Below are positions 54,209-58,860 of a stretch of DNA of 58,860 bases, piece by piece (position 1 is the first letter of the stretch; each line of letters starts with the position of its first letter). Under the pieces are notes generated by a model. That model saw only the letters and a program-made list of their open reading frames with translations. It was not told where the DNA came from and made no database searches. Both the position numbers and the translations under genes were made by a program. This stretch comes from a virus. Taxonomy: Duplodnaviria > Caudoviricetes. The DNA lies in IMG/VR virus record IMGVR_UViG_3300023181_000032, positions 1 to 58,860 of that record. The stretch is one strand, 5' to 3'.

Positions 54209-54445
54209 TCACTGAGACGCCAATATCTCCAGCCGCGAGTACATTGCGGCTTCCATCAGCACATACAGCTCCTCGATCTGCTGGTCCCGCAACGCCCCGG
54301 CAACCTCGATCCCTCGCACGAATCCCTCCGCGTAACTTCCAGCCTTACGCACGCCGGCGTTATCAGTCGCCACCTCGATCATCGACATCAGCCGCATGAC
54401 CTCCTCGCGATACTTGGGCGGCAACGCCCCCTCATCCAAAATCAT
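54209..54445 (-). CDS. Hypothetical protein coupled to SRAP
   Basis: MILDEGALPP...; overlaps the SRAP stop; GGAGG RBS. Confidence 0.65.
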   Translation of the reverse strand: MILDEGALPPKYREEVMRLMSMIEVATDNAGVRKAGSYAEGFVRGIEVAGALRDQQIEELYVLMEAAMYSRLEILASQ

Positions 54446-55086
54446 ACTCCCTCCCTTGGCTGCACCGACATCCGGTCGGCCGGATACTGCCGCATGAATT
54501 CCATGCTGTCGCCGGCGGGCGCGTCGAGCCAGTCGTTGTACAGGCCGGCCGGCAGAATCACTACCATGCGCTTCTCGTCGTCGGGCTTGTGATAGTCGCG
54601 CATGAACGTGTGGTCGTCGGCGTTGATCGTCAGCATCGAATAGCTGTGCACGATCTCGCCTTCTGGATTCTTCCACCACTCCCACAAGCCGGCGATGCCC
54701 AGCGGCTCACCGTCAGTGCGGGTGATGCGCGTGGCGATGGCCTTACCGGTGCGCCAGTCTGGCTCGTAGATTGCCGCGGCCGGGATGATGCAATGCTGGG
54801 CATTCTTCCAGGCGCTGCGAAACGATGGCTTCTTGGCTGCCGTCTCTGAGCGAGCGTTATAAGTGCGCCGGGCAATCTTCGTGTCCTTGCTCCAGCCTGG
54901 GATCAGCCCGAACGAGCCTTCGATCAATTCCAGCGCCGGACCGGGCTCATCCTGCTCACCGGTGGGCCGCCGAATGAATGGGCCTATGTACGTCGGCCAC
55001 AAGTCCAATCGTCCCTGCTCAAATGGCTCAACGCCGAACGCTTTCACCAACTGCGCGCGTGATGGTGCTTCATAGTGGCTACACAT
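54442..55086 (-). CDS. SOS response-associated peptidase (SRAP/YedK/HMCES family)
   Basis: N-terminal MC..Y, YNARSET, F..AW...CIIPA...YE, AGLW, HKP..KRMVVIL. Confidence 0.9.
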   Translation of the reverse strand: MCSHYEAPSRAQLVKAFGVEPFEQGRLDLWPTYIGPFIRRPTGEQDEPGPALELIEGSFGLIPGWSKDTKIARRTYNARSETAAKKPSFRSAWKNAQHCIIPAAAIYEPDWRTGKAIATRITRTDGEPLGIAGLWEWWKNPEGEIVHSYSMLTINADDHTFMRDYHKPDDEKRMVVILPAGLYNDWLDAPAGDSMEFMRQYPADRMSVQPREGV

Positions 55087-55142
55087 GGCGCCCCTCAAAG
55101 GTTAAACGTGATCTGAAGTTGACCACGCCTGCCATGTGAAAG

Positions 55143-55490
55143 TTAGCTCTGCCCGCCAAGGTATTGCTCAGGCACCTTGAATTGCCGCAGCAACTCATCC
55201 CGCTGGGCAATGACCCTCTTCATGCTGTTTATCGTTTTCCAGTCCTCGCAGGCGCTCAGCCTCATTTTTGAAAGCTCGGATATGTGTTCGTCCAGCTGGC
55301 GCCGGAGTCGGTCGCGCTCGGCGGTAACGATCGCGTTCTGGTCGACCATCTTGGCCAGATTCTGCCGGTAGCGCGCCAAATCCTCCTGCAGCATCCGGCA
55401 CTCCTCGATCAGGAGTACGTTTTGCTGCTCGAGCATTTCTTCCCTGGTGAACTCGTCGGGCCATTCGCTGGCCTCTGGTATGGTGCCCAT
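55143..55490 (-). CDS. Coiled-coil hypothetical protein (LexA box upstream)
   Basis: 115-aa ORF immediately downstream of an SOS box. Confidence 0.7.
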   Translation of the reverse strand: MGTIPEASEWPDEFTREEMLEQQNVLLIEECRMLQEDLARYRQNLAKMVDQNAIVTAERDRLRRQLDEHISELSKMRLSACEDWKTINSMKRVIAQRDELLRQFKVPEQYLGGQS

Positions 55491-55504
55491 GGTTAATCTC
55501 GATA

Positions 55505-55520
55505 CTGTTTGGATATACAG
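55505..55520. promoter_or_regulatory. LexA (SOS) box
   Basis: taCTGT-ttggatat-ACAGta matches the Gammaproteobacterial CTGT-N8-ACAG consensus. Confidence 0.88.
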
Positions 55521-55741
55521 TAATCGAGTTCATCTGGTTTTGGCTAATCTCGGTGATGAACTGCTTAACGGAGAGGGGGTGTTCGTCGGCAGGACGCCGG
55601 GGGAGGGGTGAAATGGTCGCGTGTACAAAACGTGAGTCACGCCTTTTGTCAGCGTGTACAATGCGGCCCTTCATGAGACAGCGTGACCGGTTGCGAGCGG
55701 ATCAAGCTGTTGATTGATAAGGCTTTTTACTTGGTTAGGAT

Positions 55742-55796
55742 GATTTAGGTTCCAGCGCCGCAAGGTGTGAGAGTTCGAGTCTCTCCGTCCGCACCA
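55742..55796 (+). other. attP core = 3' part of tRNA-Leu(TAG)
   Basis: gatTTAGgttccagcgccgcaaggtgtgagaGTTCGAgtctctccgtccgcaCCA; the 5' half is absent; next to the integrase 3' end; IHF-consensus sites at 55703-55715 and 55804-55816. Confidence 0.9.
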
Positions 55797-55805
55797 TTAT
55801 ATAAA

Positions 55806-56915
55806 TCAAGGGTTTACGAGCTTTAGCGCCACCCTCCCTTGAGACACTGGAACATCAGCGTGAACTGAGCGTGAACTTGCCCTTTCACGCAACCCGTCCA
55901 GAACCCCGACTGCATCCCTTACCCGAGCCGGCGCCAAGTGCGCATATCGCTCGGTCATGGTGATCGTCGAGTGCCCCAGCAAATCCCGAACTTCTGCCAG
56001 CGCAACCCCCGCGCTGATCAAATGTGCCGCGCACGTATGACGTAGGTCGTGGATCACAAAATCCTTGATGCCCGCCCGTTCGCAGGCCACCTCGAATCCT
56101 TTTCTGATGCACGCCACCCGCTCGCCACTACTGCGTGAAAATACCCAGGGTGATGCCGGGCAAGTTTCCGCCCGATAGCCCGCCCGTCCTTTCAGCGCGT
56201 CCAGCGCCCCCTCGTTCAGCGGAATGCTCCGCCGCTTCCCTGCCTTCGTGTGAACCCCCTCCAGATAGATCAGCTTGTTGACCAGATCCACGCGGCGCCA
56301 TTCAAGGCCCAGCATTTCCTCTTTGCGGCAGCCGGTATTGACCGCCAAGTGGATGAAGTCATCCAGCAAGGCTCCGTTGCGCTGCATCCGCGCCGTGCGG
56401 CAGAGCAGCTCCACTTCAGCGCGCGTCAACCACCTGACCCGACCTTCCGGCTCCTTCATCGTGCGCCCCTTTACCGGGTTGGGCAGCGCCCATTCAAATT
56501 CCACGTTGCACCAGTTGATGGCTGCCGACAGCGCCGCCAGTTCCCGGTTGATGGTGGCCGCCGACAGCCCGGCCTCCATGCGACGGGTGGTGTATTCCCG
56601 AATGTGCTTGCCGGCTAGGTCATTCATCACCAGACCTGTAAAATGCTCGCCAAGCGGCTTTGCTCGATACAGGGTCGTTTTGTAACTGCGCTGTTGCTGG
56701 CTGGCGTGGCGCAGGTACGGCAACATCACTTCCAAGAAGGTCCGGGGCGGATTTACGCCCCATTCCTTTTCCTTCCAGGCATCGGCTTTCGCCTGTTGCT
56801 CTATTGCTTTCGCCGCGGCGTAGTCGCTTGTGCCAGAAGACCGGCGAATTCTTTTTCCATCTGCGCTTGTGACAAAGATCCACCAATACGGTGAGTCTTC
56901 TCTTTTATAGGGCAT
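55806..56915 (-). CDS. int: Tyrosine integrase
   Basis: TGCRKEE (R), TKAG (K), HDLRHT, LLGHS, TERYAH. Confidence 0.96.
   Translation of the reverse strand: MPYKREDSPYWWIFVTSADGKRIRRSSGTSDYAAAKAIEQQAKADAWKEKEWGVNPPRTFLEVMLPYLRHASQQQRSYKTTLYRAKPLGEHFTGLVMNDLAGKHIREYTTRRMEAGLSAATINRELAALSAAINWCNVEFEWALPNPVKGRTMKEPEGRVRWLTRAEVELLCRTARMQRNGALLDDFIHLAVNTGCRKEEMLGLEWRRVDLVNKLIYLEGVHTKAGKRRSIPLNEGALDALKGRAGYRAETCPASPWVFSRSSGERVACIRKGFEVACERAGIKDFVIHDLRHTCAAHLISAGVALAEVRDLLGHSTITMTERYAHLAPARVRDAVGVLDGLRERASSRSVHADVPVSQGRVALKLVNP
55857..55877 (+). repeat. Probable integrase arm-type sites
   Basis: AGCGTGAACT x2 (55857 and 55868); related gcgtgtac/agcgtgac sites left of the core (about 55619-55688). 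Confidence 0.6.
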
Positions 56916-57127
56916 ATCAGTTCCTCTGATACGCTCGATCCGCTCGCGGGGTGGATACTAGCAGCGGCTTCGGCGTCGATCATCTGTTGCAACTGTTCAC
57001 GATGGATGCGCACGCCACGTTTGAGCATGCGCACGGTGGGGATCAGATGGTCTTGGGCCATGCGGTAAGCGGTTGCCCGACTCACGCCCAGCATCCCTGC
57101 GGCCTGTTCGACTGAAATCAAGGACAT
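56801..57127 (-). CDS. xis: Excisionase (HTH_17-like)
   Basis: ISVEQAAGMLGVSRATAYRMA...IPTVR; upstream of int. Confidence 0.82.
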   Translation of the reverse strand: MSLISVEQAAGMLGVSRATAYRMAQDHLIPTVRMLKRGVRIHREQLQQMIDAEAAASIHPASGSSVSEELICPIKEKTHRIGGSLSQAQMEKEFAGLLAQATTPRRKQ

Positions 57128-57146
57128 GGCTTTCTCCGTCCGGGGT

Positions 57147-57509
57147 CTATGCGGGGTTGAGTGGTTTTGTTGCCTTTGCGATTGCAGGCTTGGCGTCAGC
57201 GATGATCTCGTTCAGCGCCTTCAGCCCGGCATAGCCGTCGTAGCAGTTGACCGGGAAATCCAAGTCCCACCGGACAAGACGCTGGGCTATGGCGAGCAGA
57301 TCCGGCGAAGCAGAGATCAGGCTAATGTTCGCTTCACGCTCGCTGAAGTCATCGAAGCGCTCGCCATGGATTCGCCCCCCGATATCTCGGGCCAGAACGA
57401 AAACCTGCGAATCGTCTGCGTTGTCCCGCACGTTGTCAGACTCGATTTCGTATTCCATGAAGCTTTTTACAATCCGCCACGGGCCGGGCGTGTGCTTATT
57501 TTCAGGCAT
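57147..57509 (-). CDS. Hypothetical phage protein
   Basis: KHTPGPW...ANISLISASPDLL...AIAKA family motifs. Confidence 0.75.
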   Translation of the reverse strand: MPENKHTPGPWRIVKSFMEYEIESDNVRDNADDSQVFVLARDIGGRIHGERFDDFSEREANISLISASPDLLAIAQRLVRWDLDFPVNCYDGYAGLKALNEIIADAKPAIAKATKPLNPA

Positions 57510-57565
57510 GACTGTTCCTCGCCCGCCGTACACCGGCAGGCATGAATTGAATGAGGGGGAGCGGG

Positions 57566-58297
57566 TTAATCCCAGTCGAAACTCATTTTGGGATTGGCAG
57601 GAGGAAAGCATTCGAGCGTCGATAGCTTGAGCAGCGTGAAGTGCCCACCCATCCATGCGGCCGTATCGATGTGGACGACGTTGCCCAGCGTGGCGGGCTG
57701 CCTGAGTGGGGTATGACCTACGACCACAGCTCGCACACCCGTTACATGAGTGAGGTCACTGTCGTTGATCCTGCGCCGGGACCATTGAGCCATTGCCTGC
57801 ACATGATCAGCCTCAGCCGGGCCGCCGCTAGATAGCGCCCAGGTGAACTCGGTCCAGCTTGGATAAGGGCAATCGGCGTGAACAATACCTACCACGCCGC
57901 CGTCTGTTTCAACCTCGATGGCGATGGGAAGGTCTGCAAACATCGCTGCATAGTTCTGCTGCTCATCCCAGTTGAGCGCGAGAAACCAAGCCCCGCCGTT
58001 TTGCAGATACATGCCACCGTCGGCCCGCGAGTTGCGAGCATGGTTGATCGCCATTTCTTCATGATTACCCTGCACCGCGTGGAACCATGGCTTGTTGAGC
58101 CACAGAAACGAATCAACTGATTCCGGTCCTCTGTCGACCAAATCCCCAACACTGAACAAGCGGTCAATGGCGGGGTTGAATCCGATGACGTTGAGCGCCG
58201 ACTGGAGCTTGCTGAAGTGGCCGTGAATATCGCCGACAACCCAGTCGGTGCCGGCCTTATTTATCGGGTAACGCTGAACCTTCGGTTTTCCAGGCAC
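57566..58297 (-). CDS. Ser/Thr protein phosphatase (lambda NinI-like metallophosphoesterase)
   Basis: GDIHG, GDLVDRG, GNHE, GHT, IDT motifs. Confidence 0.92.
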   Translation of the reverse strand: MPGKPKVQRYPINKAGTDWVVGDIHGHFSKLQSALNVIGFNPAIDRLFSVGDLVDRGPESVDSFLWLNKPWFHAVQGNHEEMAINHARNSRADGGMYLQNGGAWFLALNWDEQQNYAAMFADLPIAIEVETDGGVVGIVHADCPYPSWTEFTWALSSGGPAEADHVQAMAQWSRRRINDSDLTHVTGVRAVVVGHTPLRQPATLGNVVHIDTAAWMGGHFTLLKLSTLECFPPANPKMSFDWD

Positions 58298-58341
58298 GGA
58301 AATTCCTCGCCGCATACGCAGCAGGCAATAGGGATAGGGGT

Positions 58342-58791
58342 TTACTGTGGGTAGATATCTTCTAAAACCGCCCGAAGCTCTTTGCGCCACCAGAAGTTAT
58401 GGCGGCCTTCCGGTTTCTCGCCGAATACGCAGCCATTCAGCTCAGCTTGCCCGTCGAGGAACAGCCAGACTTCGCGCAGGCGCTCCGGCATAACGACCTT
58501 GCGCTGGGCGTGGCGGCAGAGCTTCGTGTCGTATGGCAGCGACTGAATGTCCATCCGAGCGACCAGCTCGCGCTCGCCGAACGCCTCAGGGTCGCCGAAC
58601 TTCGAGACGATTTCCGCCACCGGCTCATCCACCACTGCGCGGACATCCTCGGCAGGGGCGGCGCGGGAGGCGTTCCATGCCGACCACCAGTCGTGGACGC
58701 GTGGCTCATCGTAAAAACCATTCGTTTGCTCGGTTGTGAAGCCCCGTTGCACAACCCAAGCTTCAAATCCTTCCCTATTGGCGTCACTCAT
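58342..58791 (-). CDS. Hypothetical phage protein
   Basis: MSDANREGFEAW...AWNASRA. Confidence 0.65.
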   Translation of the reverse strand: MSDANREGFEAWVVQRGFTTEQTNGFYDEPRVHDWWSAWNASRAAPAEDVRAVVDEPVAEIVSKFGDPEAFGERELVARMDIQSLPYDTKLCRHAQRKVVMPERLREVWLFLDGQAELNGCVFGEKPEGRHNFWWRKELRAVLEDIYPQ

Positions 58792-58860
58792 CGCTACCTT
58801 CCTTCGCGGCAGGGGCCATCATGTATCGATCGTTTTCCAAAGAGACGGTATTTACCAGAG
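58731..58860. repeat. Terminal direct repeat (right copy)
   Basis: Matches 1-130 with one mismatch. Confidence 0.95.

Noticed and set aside
55742-55796. Functional tRNA-Leu gene
   Set aside because: The 5' acceptor strand and D-arm are missing; this is the attP core.

Overview
The window is an apparently complete, circularly permuted temperate phage genome of about 58.7 kb. Bases 1-130 recur at 58731-58860 with one mismatch. The host is probably Pseudomonas, judging by the tRNA-Leu(TAG) attP core and gene content. It has a lambdoid early layout: integrase/excisionase/attP, a leftward operon with a Sak4-type recombinase and a DNA methyltransferase, a cI/cro switch with five operators, DUF1376 initiator-DnaC-DnaB, and ninB/ninG. 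The late module is podovirus-like: TerS, TerL, P22-type portal, scaffold, N4-gp56-like capsid, ejection proteins, fibres and a GH108 endolysin. The standout locus lies in a P22 immI-like cassette (XRE regulator, arc, ant). The antirepressor gene is translationally coupled to a small RAMP/Cas7-like protein (46691-47266) and a winged-helix protein (47259-47714). These are followed by a non-coding array (47716-48100) of three units, each with conserved hairpins and 10-12 NN-G(G)Y pentamers. This looks like a phage-encoded RNA-guided system with a non-contiguous code, matching my recollection of the recently reported VIPR systems. A second unexplained signal is a family of nine sigma70-like promoters carrying a conserved (C)AGTCAC(A) directly before the -10 box, probably a late regulon, in a phage with no recognisable Q. 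All calls come from reading the sequence; no database search was run.
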